Assembly: GCF_006345805.1 (NCBI RefSeq) | Contig: NW_021832232.1 | Location: 434,001 to 498,000, forward strand | Source: Octopus sinensis | Taxonomy: Eukaryota | Length of the DNA: 64,000 nt | Reading direction: 5' to 3' | Shown: positions 1 to 13,840 of the stretch, one piece after another | Layout: each line of letters opens with the position of its first letter | Numbering within the stretch: the first letter of the stretch is position 1 | Translations under genes and position numbers: made by a program | Notes under the pieces: generated by a model | The model's database searches: none | What the model was told of the DNA's origin: nothing | What the model saw: the letters and a program-made list of their open reading frames with translations, nothing else

Positions 1-781
1 ATGTAAAATTCCAAAATTAAAATTGATAATTGAACATTACATTGTTTCTAACTAAGCCAGAGTGATCATATCAGTGAAAGAGGAAATAGAAAAATAAATT
101 TGTTTAAAATATATAAAAATTAGTTTTACTTTTAGTATAGAATGTCGCCGGATTTTGGAAGGACCACTCAAAAAATTGCATGAATCATTTTATTTTATCT
201 TGAAAATAGTTATAAAACAAATTAGACCATGTTTTAATACTTTCTGAAGCTATTTCTGATTTTAGCGTATTTCACAAAACAAACTTACCCTTCTACAGTG
301 CTTTTTAAATAACTAATTTTATTTGATTAATACAAGCACCTCGTCCGCTCAAAAACCAGGTTCACTCAAAAACCGGTGAAATACAATAACTTCACTTTTT
401 TTATATAATTCTTTAATAATTCAATCATTTTCATGTCATAGTCAAACTCCCGAATTTACTTCAGAGAATGATATTAGACTATTCAATTGGGAAGATTAAT
501 TGGTGTTTCATACAGAATTTAAACACATCAAGGAAACTAGAAAGTTTGATTTTCTTGGCAGATTCAATTGATGAAATTGACTATTTTTATTAATTTGATT
601 ATATCTTATATCTGATTGACAGACAGTTTATCATTTACATCATGTTAAACGATTTATCAAATTGATTTTAAAACACTCAAAAATTAAAAATAAATTTTTC
701 GAAAAGACAAAAAAGTTCATTTTTACATCAAATCAGTAGTTGGCGTATAAATGCAAACATGAGTTATAAACAAATATATAA

Positions 782-2548
782 TCAGGAGAGTCCTATCACT
801 TCCACAATTTGAGACATGAAATCACCCCCCTTGACCAGTGGGACATTCTCAAATGTGTCACAATACTCCGATCTGCCTTCGTACAAGTCCTCCTGAATAA
901 ATATAGCCTCTCCACCACTACAAATAGAACATAGTTATCACCCTCCTCCCACAACAAGCATTTCTATATCGCCTGCAATATACATTTCCTGACTACACAC
1001 AGTCTGCCCTTGTCTCCTAATTCCTACCCACGGATATTTGTGCAAGGATGGATAAACAGTGAACACAAATGTCTCTCCCGTCCCATAATACCGCACAGCA
1101 CACGAATTCAGCTCAACAGGCGAAAAAAAACCAAATTTCTAAAAAAATTGCCCCAAAATCAACCTCTCCACTAGTTACTTGGAAAAGGACAAAGACACTC
1201 TCCCACTTGGCACATTTTGTGTAAAATGTCTTTAAACTCCACCCATGTTCACTGGTAGTGAATATTAGTGTAGGGTTCATGATTAGCATTCGGGATGGCA
1301 ACCAACTCCAGATTACCTTCAACTGAAATGATATCACAACCACACCTCATGTTCACTCAGAATTTGGGAGGCCACTGGTTTCATATCGGCAATATAGTAC
1401 ATGTTCAGTTGCCGATTTTCACCAACCACGGATTGATCACTTTTGTCAGACATGGATGAGTCTCTGATGACTTGTAACATCAATTTTTCCACTTTTGTCT
1501 TCGATATTGACATTTTGAATGCTTTCTACGATTTTTAGAAGATTAAACAACTCGAAATAGTCTTTCGAGTGAAATGTGGTTAGGACATTCCGGAGAAAAG
1601 TATTTTCTCCACATCAAAGGAGTACTTCCAGTCTCATATCTTCGTAGTCTCAGAAAAGAAAAAAAACCTTTTTCTTATGTAATAAGCAACCGACACTCCA
1701 AAGCGGATGATGACTTTGACCCCCTCAATGGCATAGGAATCCATAATTCGAACCTACTAGACTGTCTGTACAACTATATTACAATATAAGCAAAAGGAAG
1801 AACATAAAACAAACACGAAACCCAATCGGAACCTAGAATAAACCCATTCTAGCATATAAACAGAAATATACATTCAATCGTGCACAAAAGTATTTATGTA
1901 TACGGACAAGACGTTCATTCGAAGCACGGGAGAGACCAATTCCGAACAGTTGATAGTGAGAAAGCAGATTATAGACCACACATACTGTCCTCTCGGGGGA
2001 CAGGAAGTGGAGCAGGACAGTCGTTAGGTAATATAGTAATGGCGAATGTGAATAGTTTGGGTAAGAATAGGCCAAAAACAGTACAATTTTCTCCACATTT
2101 TCACATCCTGATTCTTTTAGAAAATAACACGTGGAGAATTTTTTATGGCAAAACTGAGAAACTCCTCGCGTTTGGCTTGGATTTAATCAGAGTCATTACC
2201 TTCAAAATTCTCAAATTCTTTCTCTATTTTTTGGGTTTCTCCTGTCAGAGACAGCCACAGAGAGACGCGGGAATTTTCATTTACCACCAAACCGGGATCA
2301 CGGATTATTTTTTTTAGTTTTGAATCTTTCTGAAAGTAGGACGTGAATGAATTATTAAAATACTAATATTTATAAATATAAATCATCACCAATTCTAGTT
2401 TATGAGAATTTTTTGGTGTTTTTTTTGGTTTGTAAAGTGAAAAATGTTCCTTTAGTTTTTCAAAGTCGACATTTTCAATTTTTGAGTTAATTTCGAGGTA
2501 ACTGTCTTTTAAATTAAAGGATTGTCTCTTTTTCGTTAAATGATTCAT
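782..2548 (-). CDS. TBC1D24: TBC1D24/Skywalker-like protein (Rab-GAP TBC domain + TLDc domain), multi-exon
   Basis: Spliced translation gives a TBC-like N-terminus (KIVLFLAYSYPNYSHSPLLYYLTTVLLHF) and a TLDc C-terminus (IWSWLPSR..LIFTTSEHGWSLKTFY..YYGTGETFVF..YPWVGI..MLVVGGG..GRSEYCDTFENVPL), joined by roughly 23-27-nt GT-AG introns. Confidence 0.85.
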
Positions 2549-2718
2549 CGACTAGATTGATATTTATATCATAAAGTACCGCCATAAATAATTTACCCAA
2601 ATTACATATTTCAAGACTTACCAATAACGACACAAAAAGAAAAACAATCTACTATTCAAAATAATTGCGGCTAACCAATAGGGAATGATTTACATTAATT
2701 AATATAATAAAAATTATA

Positions 2719-3138
2719 TTATTTTCCAACAATATTAGAAGAAATAGTTTTCATCATTTCATAACTAAATTTATCCAATCCAATAAAGAACAAAATAACT
2801 GTATGTCTCCATCCCAAATCTTGAGTAATCTCTTCAAGAAAAGCCATCAAATTCGTCTAAAAAATTAAAAAATTACTCCGACGTTTTGATCTCCAAGAAG
2901 TAATAAAGTCTCATAATCTTTTCCCATGAGATCTGAGGGTAACACTTTTTTGACCTTTTTTATTGAATAGTAACACATATACAATGTGTGATATGTTTTG
3001 TCCAGATGTGATGGTTACAGAGAGTCCATTGGTGTATTTGTGTATTATTATATTTATTTTGAGATCTTCAAAAATTATATTTTTCTATGAATTTTATTAT
3101 GTCTATAAACCAACGTGGATGGCGTTGCCTTCCATCAT
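2719..3138 (-). CDS. PSMG3: Proteasome assembly chaperone 3 (PAC3)-like, 4 exons
   Basis: Spliced product MMEGNAIH-KNIIFEDLKINIIIHKYTNGLSVTITSGQNISHI-VKKVLPSDLMGKDYETLLLLGDQN-TNLMAFLEEITQDLGWRHTVILFFIGLDKFSYEMMKTISSNIVGK* matches PAC3 size and pattern (T..LLG.D, late hydrophobic strand). Not present in the ORF track. Confidence 0.6.
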
Positions 3139-3429
3139 GATATTTTTTTATTATTTAATTACAGATTTATATCATATTTCAAATAATGAATAAAATATCT
3201 CAATCATCTATTTTTATGAATTTAATTGAGTTTTTATGCGGTTGAAAATGAATATCAATGCTGACATTTTTATTATTGTAATAAGTCACGATCGCTTTTG
3301 AAATTCCTACATTACACAATAACTTTTTATTAATCAGCACGTTCGAGTAGACAGAGGAACGTAAATGCCTAAGTTTTTGCTTGTGCCAATCACACAATTT
3401 TTCAAGAGCAAGAAAGAACAAGTAACTTA

Positions 3430-4070
3430 GTTATTCTAATTAATTCCAAATTGAGGAATTAATGAGTTTCTATTTTCTTTTGAGTTTTCTTTTTATTGGC
3501 GTGCGGCTTTTCAAAACTAGGAAGTTCATGACGTCTCATCCGAAGTCTAACTAGTATTTGGAATCCACATTTAATGAGATGTCTGTGAGGGCATCACTTG
3601 TCAAACCTAATCGGAGCTTCCGGTACGTGCAGCCTCTGGAAATCGAATGCGGGAACAAGAAAGTTAGCAACGTATCGACTAAGTCTTGGGCCTTCGAAAT
3701 GATCATGGGCTGACACTCCATGCAACCTTTTCCCTTTTTTAACTCTGTTAACCTCCATGAAGGTGCAGTTCAGCGCCTTTCGCTGACTAAATACCAGGAA
3801 AAGACTGAATTAGCAACCATCAAACGAGAAACTCTCCGAAATCCTCTTAAGAATATTGATTGCATATAACCCCGTAGAGACTTATCTACACCCAACCGTG
3901 GTATTTAGTGACCAGTCCAACTCATTTCATCATAGACGGAATCACATTGATTTTACACTCGTGCAATATGATTAATTAGGTTATTTCCTCCTTTCTCAAC
4001 TTGCACTGTCTGCAAACGATCTAGGCACGTAATGCACGCAATCACGATACAATCCTCCTCCGTGTGGTCT
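3430..4070 (-). mobile_element. Decayed 3' end of a non-LTR retrotransposon (restriction-like endonuclease type)
   Basis: Clear nucleotide similarity to 58600-58830 (aaggtgcagt.cagcgcc..tcg.tgac.aaat...tagagacttatctacaccca); frameshifts and stops. Confidence 0.65.
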
Positions 4071-4597
4071 AAAAACCTTTTCATTATATAGAAAATACTT
4101 TAAAAATCATTATTTTCCAAAAACATCTTTATTTTTAGCGATTCATTGTAGAAAGAAATTTGGTTTTGAATTTCAAAAGTTAGTCCCATTTTAACCAAAA
4201 CAGTTTCATAGGCAAAAGTTTAAAACGCCGATCAACAACACTAGTTCCTTATGTTTATTTATACAAGAGATTTGTATTTTTCTTAGTCTTGATTTCGCTA
4301 ATATCGCATTTGTCATCCAAAGATTTCACGTATCTATCACAGTTTTTACAAAATTGATTTATTAAAAGACAATGAACGAACTGAGCTGACCCTCAGGCTC
4401 TCGACTATTCTTACAGTTACTCCTCATCGTTTTAAAGTAAAACAAATTAATGAGATAAAATAGTTAACATTGAATTTTTTAAATTCCGCCCACATTATAG
4501 CTAACATAAAGTGACCCTAATAGATTAGGTCACTGAATTGACCAAAGGTGTTTAATAATAATGAAAGTTACTGTTTATTTATTAATATGACGCAAAA

Positions 4598-5949
4598 TTA
4601 TCTTCTCATTTCCTTTACGAAAAAAGTGCTTTTATCGACTAAAATATAGTTAGATTATTTTTTACTTGATCTTTTATTATGAAGATATTTTCTAACTAAT
4701 ATTCCAGAGACGAAAATAACAATTACAAACACAACAAGTGAACTGATTACTCCACTCCATTTCCGAATAAATGGTGTAAGTAAAATGATTCTGACTGATG
4801 ATGTTACTCTATAATTGATATCTTTTGGAAAGCACTGAATAGTATGTACTTTCAAAACATTTTCAAAATTTAACGTATTGCCATCATTTCCTAAATAATT
4901 GAATAAAAAATACCGATAGGCACTCCATCGGAAAACCATTGAATGGAAACACTCGTTCTGCTATTTGTTTTATACATAAAACAATAAAATGTACAAATTC
5001 CCCCCAAATAAGTATAACAGTCTTTCATTCCTGATTTGAGGGATATTTCTATCATTTTAGAAATAAATGTACCCTCATCTTGAAGAGAATATCTGAACCT
5101 TCTTGCCCTGGCCTCGAACGAGCATGTCCATATGCCAGGTTCCAGTGGCCGGTTGTAGAGTCTTTGAATGATTGTTCCATTCTCTATTTTATAGTAATTA
5201 ATATCCCATTCCCTGAAAATAAATATTTACTGATTACTGGGCCTTTGAGAAAAAACACTGAAAATAAACATCGGTCACTGTAATAATTGAATCTTGATAA
5301 ATCGGATATTGAATTTCTGTTTCTTCAGCATTTTCAGAAATATAAATTCGAAATATTTTTTGAATATTAAAATAAGTATGGCATACTATTAAAAACGTAT
5401 CTAAAATTTCAGAATATATATTATAGAAAAACATATAACCTATTAATTTTAAGAAAGACAATTTACCAGGTTCAGAATAAAAAGACACGTTGGCTTTGGG
5501 GTCAGCAGTGCAAGTTTTGAATAAATTTCTCTCGTCATCAAATTGATAAAAAACACTTCCAAATTTCCGAACTGTAAAATAATGTTCACTCACGCTGCTG
5601 TAAACTATGAAAATGGTTTTTACAAAAATATTGCCTTTGATACCGTTCAAAGTAGAAGGGCCGACTAGTCTACTGCATTTGTTTTCTGCGACGCAGTAAT
5701 ATTCTAGTTGGTTTGGATCCTTACTTTGCATCAAAGTAATATTCAATTCATTTTCATCACTTTCTACCTTCGTTGTCAAAAATTAGAAAACGTAATATTG
5801 AATGAATTGCAGTCTTTCAAATAATTTTGTGAGCCAATGAGAGGAACCCGAAATTTTAGAGGTGTGCAGCCTATTTTTGTATTCAGAAATGTCAAAAACT
5901 AACTGTGAGTAAAACAACAGTTCGATAAAAATAACAACACTCCAATCAT
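4598..5949 (-). CDS. Single-pass type I membrane protein with Ig-like motifs
   Basis: Signal-peptide-like start MIGVLLFLSNCCFTHS; Ig-type LEYYCVAENK and TCTADPKANVSF; TM segment WSGVISSLVVFVIVIFVSGILV followed by basic RKYLHNKR; tiny introns. Confidence 0.55.
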
Positions 5950-6295
5950 TCAAAAACAATTAAAAAAATGTATTATATAATAATTTTTGGATACTATTAT
6001 ATATTTTATTACATCGATTATGAAAATATAAACGTTACTTGATATGAAAACAGACGTCTTATAGTTTTAAGGATTTTTAAATCATGATTTTCAAAACGTT
6101 TTTTAAACAAATCTTGCACTCATTCAGAAAAATATTCATAACAATCTTGTTTGTATTATGTTACAAATTTTAAATCGTGTTTCAAATATTTTTACAAATT
6201 TATAATTATAAAATTTATTAATTGTTTTTTAATTATTAATATATATAACTAAACTCTAAAATGTAATCGAAATTAAATAGATTTCTGTATTTATA

Positions 6296-6925
6296 ATGTG
6301 TTTGTTAGGCGAAGAATGGCGAACCGGGATTATGTGCAATCGAAGATGGGTCAACTCAGACCTGACCCGTCAGCTTCACGGACTTTGCCGACTATGTTAT
6401 AGTGACTCTACTGGTCTGGCTGACTTCATAATAAAAAATGACACCTATATTCTCCATATATGTACCGACGATTCTGACTGGAAAGAGCGACTTGAAAATT
6501 TTAAAAAGTCTATAAATAACAAATAGTGTTAGTTTATACAAAAATGGACTTGTATTGGCTCAGGATAGTGATCGTTCTATCACTGACACCTTCTCTTTTG
6601 AAATGGGCCTCAAAGTAGTCCGTGTCACTGGCCAGGCCGGCTGTGCTCAATTTTTGTCAGAATTCGTTTCTGTTATGCCCAAAAAGTCGCCAGTTAAATC
6701 AAAGAAATTCAAATCTATGGATTATAGGGTTCTTACGTTGTTAACAAAATTGATTGGGAAAAAATGTGCTTCTGCTCTTTTGCAAAAATATTATTGTTTT
6801 TTGTTATTTTTGAATTTGCAGCAATTGAATTGATTTCGAAGGTTAGCCACGATGAATTATTATCAATTGTTGGGAAGAAAAAAGCAATAATTCTTAAAGA
6901 ATTTTTCGGATCTTCAATGGATTAA
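6296..6925 (+). CDS. FAAP24: Fanconi anemia core complex-associated protein 24
   Basis: IMCNRRWVNSDLTRQLHGLCRLCYSDSTGLADFII parallels FAAP24 IVANEKWRGSQLAQEMQGKIKLIFEDGLTPDFYL; C-terminal HhH ALLQKYYSIELISKVSHDELLSIVGKKKA; 25- and 26-nt introns restore the frame. Confidence 0.8.
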
Positions 6926-6994
6926 AATATTATAACTTTTTTTAAATATTATATAATTTTTTAATTAATTAATTCATTTTATTATTTTTTTGTT

Positions 6995-7688
6995 ATGGAT
7001 TTGTACACAGAACTATCAGAATCTACCAAAAGGAATGCAGGCGTAGAAAACATTAATGTTTTATAATTTATTAAATTTAATTAGCGAAATAATAAAACTC
7101 AATTTATCGTGGACTACCTCGATGAACACGTTTTGGATAAAAATGATAGAAAATTGAACAAAGATTGTCCTATTGCTAATGCAGTTCACTTTCTCACCAA
7201 GAGACCCCTCAAAAGAACATTTAAAAAACCCAAAAAAACCGAAGTATCTACAAGGCAAGCATGGGGACAGCTAAAAAACTCAAATAATCTTAAATATTCA
7301 TTTTTTGAGCATCTTAATTCCCTATGGATTCAATATATGCGATTACAGCTCAAGTAATTGGATAATTTATTCATTTTAGGACGTTGGACAACGCCCTTCT
7401 CCGCGGTGACTTTACTGCTTGTCATTTGTCTGTCACTAAATGTGCATGTCCTTCACAAAGAGGCAAGTCTGGGTTTGTAGTTATGGAGACAGCAAAAACT
7501 TTTCGACTAATCACAAAATTGGATTCCATTATAAGTATAATACTTGTTTATATGTATTAGCAATTCCGAAAAAATACTCGGTTTTTACATTTTCATTGGA
7601 CGACATGCATTATTTTATTTTTGGGTCGAATTTTATGTTTAGGCCTACGGATAGGGTTACTAAAAAATTCAAGTGGAAGTGTATTTGA
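6995..7688 (+). CDS. POP4: Ribonuclease P/MRP subunit p29
   Basis: LNSLWIQYMR, LLRGDFTACHLSVTKCACPSQRGKSGFVVMETAKTFRLIT, IPKKYSVFTF, IFGSNFMFRPTDRVTKKFKWK are typical Rpp29 motifs. Confidence 0.85.
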
Positions 7689-7804
7689 TTTTTAAATTAT
7701 TCTTTTTTTAAATTACTGTTTTATGTTTAAAATTTGTAGTAAGCAAACAAACTGTCGGAAACAAATTAATAATGTGAGTATATTAGTTCTGTTAGTTATA
7801 TTTT

Positions 7805-8692
7805 TTATTCTAAAAATAATATTAATAAAAGACAACCCAAGCTCTCGCATACAAATTTATTTTTCTGTGTGCAAGAAACTGCTCTCAGTGTTCCATCTTG
7901 TACATAGAAACAGTCTTTTCCTGTGTTTTTTACTTTTATAATTTCTTCCCTGTTATATGTCTAAATATTAGTAGGAGCATATTTACTATTCCTTCATCAA
8001 GTTGATTCCGTACTTGTTTTCCTCGTCCGACTTTGTAGCCCATCCATCCTTCAAATTTTTTTTCTTTGTAGAACTGCTCTTCCTCTTCGCTGTCAGGGTA
8101 TCCGATATGTCCGTTGTAGAATGCACATATTTCGGTAGCTTTTTCATATGTTAGTGGTACAGTGAAATATGAATAATACACATTATTTTTGTTGATTCTT
8201 TTACACGTTGAAAGTGGTTCTAAACAATATATATTTATGTAAACTCCTTCTATAACAAGCCGCCATTGCTTCTCCAGGACAAGTTATTGATCGTAATTGA
8301 TTTCCGACACGTTTGAGGCAGTTATTCTAACTATATATTGCAAAAAATATTCACATTTTTTGTCCAATATACTCCTCCTTCTGGAAAATATATAAATTAA
8401 TAATACCGACTGTACAATGCGTAGTTTGACCAGTTGACATTGAATTCTTACATAAATTAAGATATTCATTATTTGGCCAATTTGATAGTAATTTGGCTTT
8501 CGTGTTTGCACATAATTGTGTTGCCTCGTCTTTGGATACTGTTGCAGAAAATGAAAAGTATTCTTTTTGAATACTCTCGTGTACAAAAACTAAAAATATA
8601 CTTATAGAATTAAACAGTATATTAGTATTCCGAACATTAAAAATGTTACATATACTATTTTTTATAAATATAAAAATGCAACAGCTCATCAT
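7805..8692 (-). CDS. Protein with two C-type lectin-like domains, probably secreted
   Basis: YFSFSATVSKDEATQLC...; YSYFTVPLTYEKATEICAFYNGHI...GWMGY; DCFYVQDGTLRAVSCTQKNKFVCE. Start codon uncertain. Confidence 0.65.
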
Positions 8693-9297
8693 CAAGTGCT
8701 CTTTCTAGTATTAAATTAAACCACCTGGCCTTACTCTAAGTATTAACCAAAAACATCAAAGAAAGAAAATTGTATTGATTTTGATTATTGATTTTTTTAC
8801 TATTTTTACATTTTAAGTTAATTTATTAGAAGAGGAAGAGATCAAAAGTCTTTCAGGGTTCTCCCTTTACCTTAAACATTCTTCAATCTTTTTAATTAGA
8901 TTCTGTCCAATAAATCCAAAAATACGCGTTCTTTGCTATAATAATTATATTTCTCAATTTAATCTTTTTAACAATGCTGCAACACATTATGTAAATTAAT
9001 TTTAGAATGAACGATCGAAATATGAATTTTAGACAGGGGATTCAGCAATAACCGATAAAGTCACTCAAAAAATGAGAAAAAACAACAAAATACAAAAACA
9101 AGGACTATAACTTTGTTTGATCAGACAAGTCGTCATGCTTAATTTGCTATCCAAAAAACAGAAAATATGGTTTATTAAGTTTAAACTAAAAATGTTAGAA
9201 TTGACAAAATAAGCCAATTAATTAAAAAATAATTTACTTTTTATAAAATAACTAAATATAATATAAAATAAATTAGTTTCAGTTGGTTTTCTAGTAC

Positions 9298-9872
9298 ATG
9301 TGTTCTATGTCTGCATTGATTGCAACTGTCGATCGAATAAACAGTAGAAATAAAAAAAATAATCAAATATCAAAACGAATAAATTTCCTTTCTGGATCTA
9401 AAGTGAAAAAAACCGTTTTAAAACAAACTAAAAAAGTTGCCTGCAAAAAAATTCCGGCTCCCAGAAGAGGTCTAAAAAAACTCAAATACAGCGAAATTAT
9501 AAACAACCAAGCTTTTCAATTTATCGAAGTGGACTTAAATAATCTCCAACCTCCTGAATCTTGGTTCGGCAGAGAGTCTGTTGATGATCTTTCCTATATC
9601 CAAAGACATATATCTCGCGTACAAAGCGAAAAAAAACAAAATTGGCTGAATTCGTCACTTTTTCAAAGTCCAGTAAAAAAGCTCCCTCTTCCTGCTTTTT
9701 CATTTTCTTATCCACTGAATGGAGGTATTTTATATTTTTATTTTTAGTAAATCAAATTGTACTTGAGGGAAATGATTTGCCGCCGACTTTTTTGGGGTGT
9801 TCGATGATGGAAAACAACAGCGATTTGGTAGATGCGAAGGACATGTTTTTTTTAATGTTTGGATCGAAATGA
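9298..9872 (+). CDS. Hypothetical Lys-rich protein, 2 exons
   Basis: 149-aa ORF that can be joined by a short GT-AG intron (about 9724-9747) to the 9642..9872 frame; no recognised domain. Confidence 0.45.
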
Positions 9873-10338
9873 AAAATATTTTTAAATCATTTCAATTCTT
9901 AAATTTGTATTGATGTAGTACATATATATAAATCACAATATAATAAAGAATAGATTGATTTATTTTATATTTTAATGGTTTTGTGGTAAATTTATATAAC
10001 CAAAACAGGTATTAGATGGAAAGTTAGAAATTAATTTTGCCACGCAGAAATGACTTACACTAGTAAAAATCATATCTAGGAATATTTTAATTAACGCTAT
10101 AAATTAGGTTTGATGCAAAAATATGTAAAAAAGAATAAGACAATAAATAAAATGTTATTAAAGTCGAACATGTGCCGTTTGCTGTTTCAATCGTTTTTTC
10201 ATTAGCTCTGAACGTCTCGAAAGTTACTGATTCAACGTGATTATTTTTTTGTCTTAGCGCTGTTAGCGTTACTACTCTGATCAAATGTGATCGAGATAAC
10301 ATTTACCAACAAAAGAAACAAAGAATATCTCATTCTTA

Positions 10339-10730
10339 GGAAATTCGTGATTCCGTCGGCCTTTGCCGTTATCTCTGATTGACCGACTCGATTTTTTGCG
10401 GAAACCCGACGCCTTGAGAGCTTTTCGAACAGATTATAATGGCTAAACGAGAATGGTATGACTAATTTAATTTTCCCAGACCGCCTTTACGCCCACTGCT
10501 TTGTAAAGGCAGCCCACCACTTAGTTTTTGGAAAATTAGATTATTCTACGGAGTGAAACGTTCGGTTGGCAAAATTGCACGATTGGTTTAAACAATTCGT
10601 CGAATGCGTTGTCCAAATGGCTCACTTGCCTTCTGGCTCACTGGCGTGCGGTTCCTCTATGTTAGGGTTGGGGTTAGTACTGAAGTACTCTCTTATTACA
10701 CCGTTTCGGTCAGAACTTGAAATTCGACAA
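10339..10730 (-). mobile_element. Right arm of a non-autonomous Merlin (IS1016/ISXO2-like) element with a telomere-like insert
   Basis: Reverse complement of the transposase C-terminus at 52040-52120 (RRQVSHLDNAFDEL); probable terminus GGAAATTCGTGATTCCG at 10339; TTAGGGTTGGGGTTAG at about 10662-10677. Confidence 0.7.
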
Positions 10731-10769
10731 CTGATTCGTCAAGTTGGACTGAAAACTTGCGTTCTCTGA

Positions 10770-11496
10770 GAATAAAATTAAGAGTTCAATTTTCATAGAA
10801 ATTAATCAATTCTTCTTCGTATAGTGTCGTTGCTTAATGGAATAGTCTTCATAATATTGAAGAATCTTTTTGTAAGATATCGTTATATAAATTAAAACAA
10901 GGCGGATGACATTTTCTGCAATCGAATGGCATTACCTATAATTAAAAAATTATGCAACCAGTTTTTGCGATTATCTCTGAACTTTATATGAATAAGATAA
11001 TCCAGAGACATTTTGAGATATATTTTATTAAAGATTGACGGTAAGGTGTTTTTATTTTCAAAATTCTTTTTAATCTAGAAAAAAGTCTGGCTTTTTTCAA
11101 TTGAATTATGATGTTTTGCTTTAAATGTTCAATCAAACGAGACGGTTTCATTGCCTCATTCAAGAAAATTGTACCACATTGAAGACAAAGTGGTTTATTA
11201 GGATCTTGAGGATCTTTAATAAATCCAAGAGAAATATATTCATCTTTATAATTCTGACTTTTTTTTGAACCGACCCATAAAGATAACTAGAAATCACGCT
11301 TAGAAATTTAATTAAATATAATAAAAAATATCATATTTTAATAAATATTATTAGACTCGATTATATATCTTTATTTTTCAAAGATTATCGACTTCTACAT
11401 AAGATTTTAATTTTTAAATATTAGCAATCAGCCATCGCCCCCCTGGCAAAAAAAAATCGCCCCTAGGGGGCGAATCGCCACCGTTGAGAACCACTG
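10770..11496 (-). mobile_element. 5' part of a hAT (Buster/Charlie-type) transposon, truncated
   Basis: TIR CAGTGGTTCTCAAC ends at 11496; GGCGA(T/A) subterminal repeats; frameshifted NYKDEYISLGFIKDPQDPNKPLCLQCGTIFLNEAMKPSRLIEHL (ZBED5/Buster-type N-terminus). Confidence 0.85.
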
Positions 11497-11625
11497 CTCT
11501 AAGTACTCTCTTATTACACCGTTTCGGACAGAACTTGAAATTCGACACTCGCTTTATCGTGGTTCCTCTTTGTTAGGGTTGGGGTTAGGGTTGGGGTTAG
11601 GAAAATTAGATTAGATTATTTTACT
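11497..11625 (-). repeat. One unit of the Merlin-derived telomere-like minisatellite
   Basis: Near-identical reverse complement of the units at 51609-51980; contains (TTAGGGTTGGGG)2TTAGG. Confidence 0.85.
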
Positions 11626-11869
11626 TGATTTAAAGAATAAAAGATAATTACTGTACTTGAGTATTTGAAGTTGGTTATTTTATTAGTATGAAAATATATA
11701 TTACGTTCATATCTATTTGAGAAAGCAACACAAAATAATTCCCAAATATTAAGTAATTTGTGGTTTGGACTTGGAGATATATTTACTAAATATCGTCTTT
11801 TACTACTATATGCTAATCCTCGATTGTCCCTATTTTATTCACATGGATTAAAAATTTTCGTTTTTGAAG

Positions 11870-12330
11870 TACAGTGGGGCAAATAACTCATGGAACGCCT
11901 ATCTTTTTTTTAACTTGACATGTTTTATAATGATTAATATTTTTGATAGCTTTTATAACTTTTATAATGAAATCATGTATTCTTTTTAACCTATTTTCTA
12001 TTAATTATTTTCATGAATTTCAAATAAATATCATTGAAACTGCACTTTATTTGAAAAATATCAAATTTTATTTGGAAAAAAGTGATGGGACTATTAAAGA
12101 AATATGAATTTTTTCTGCTATAAGATATTTATCTTTTGATAGCTTCTTTCTGTATGTTATTTTATCAGTATGGCTCTATTTAATAGAGTCTATTGGATCT
12201 CTAATCTATTTCTCCGAATGATATCAAAAACAGATTCCTTTAGCCAATTTCTCCGAATGATAACTACCCTTAGATCCTATGTACTCCAGGTCGCTCTTTT
12301 GTCCAGGCAACACACCACTTGGTCATTGGA
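11870..12330 (+). mobile_element. Tc1-like transposon end, decayed
   Basis: TA followed by CAGTGGGGCAAATAA, a Tc1-type terminus; no intact ORF; right boundary is a guess. Confidence 0.35.
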
Positions 12331-12384
12331 ATTATTTTATTTAAATAAAAGAATATATTTTATTTGAATATAGTTTGTGGTGTG

Positions 12385-13789
<1,405 letters not shown>

Positions 13790-13840
13790 TTGTTAATTCT
13801 AATTAATTAAATTTTGAATAAAATAAAGTGTACCCGCGTG

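Noticed and set aside
1-310. Possible terminal exons of a gene entering from the left
   Set aside because: No frame or motif could be assembled with confidence.
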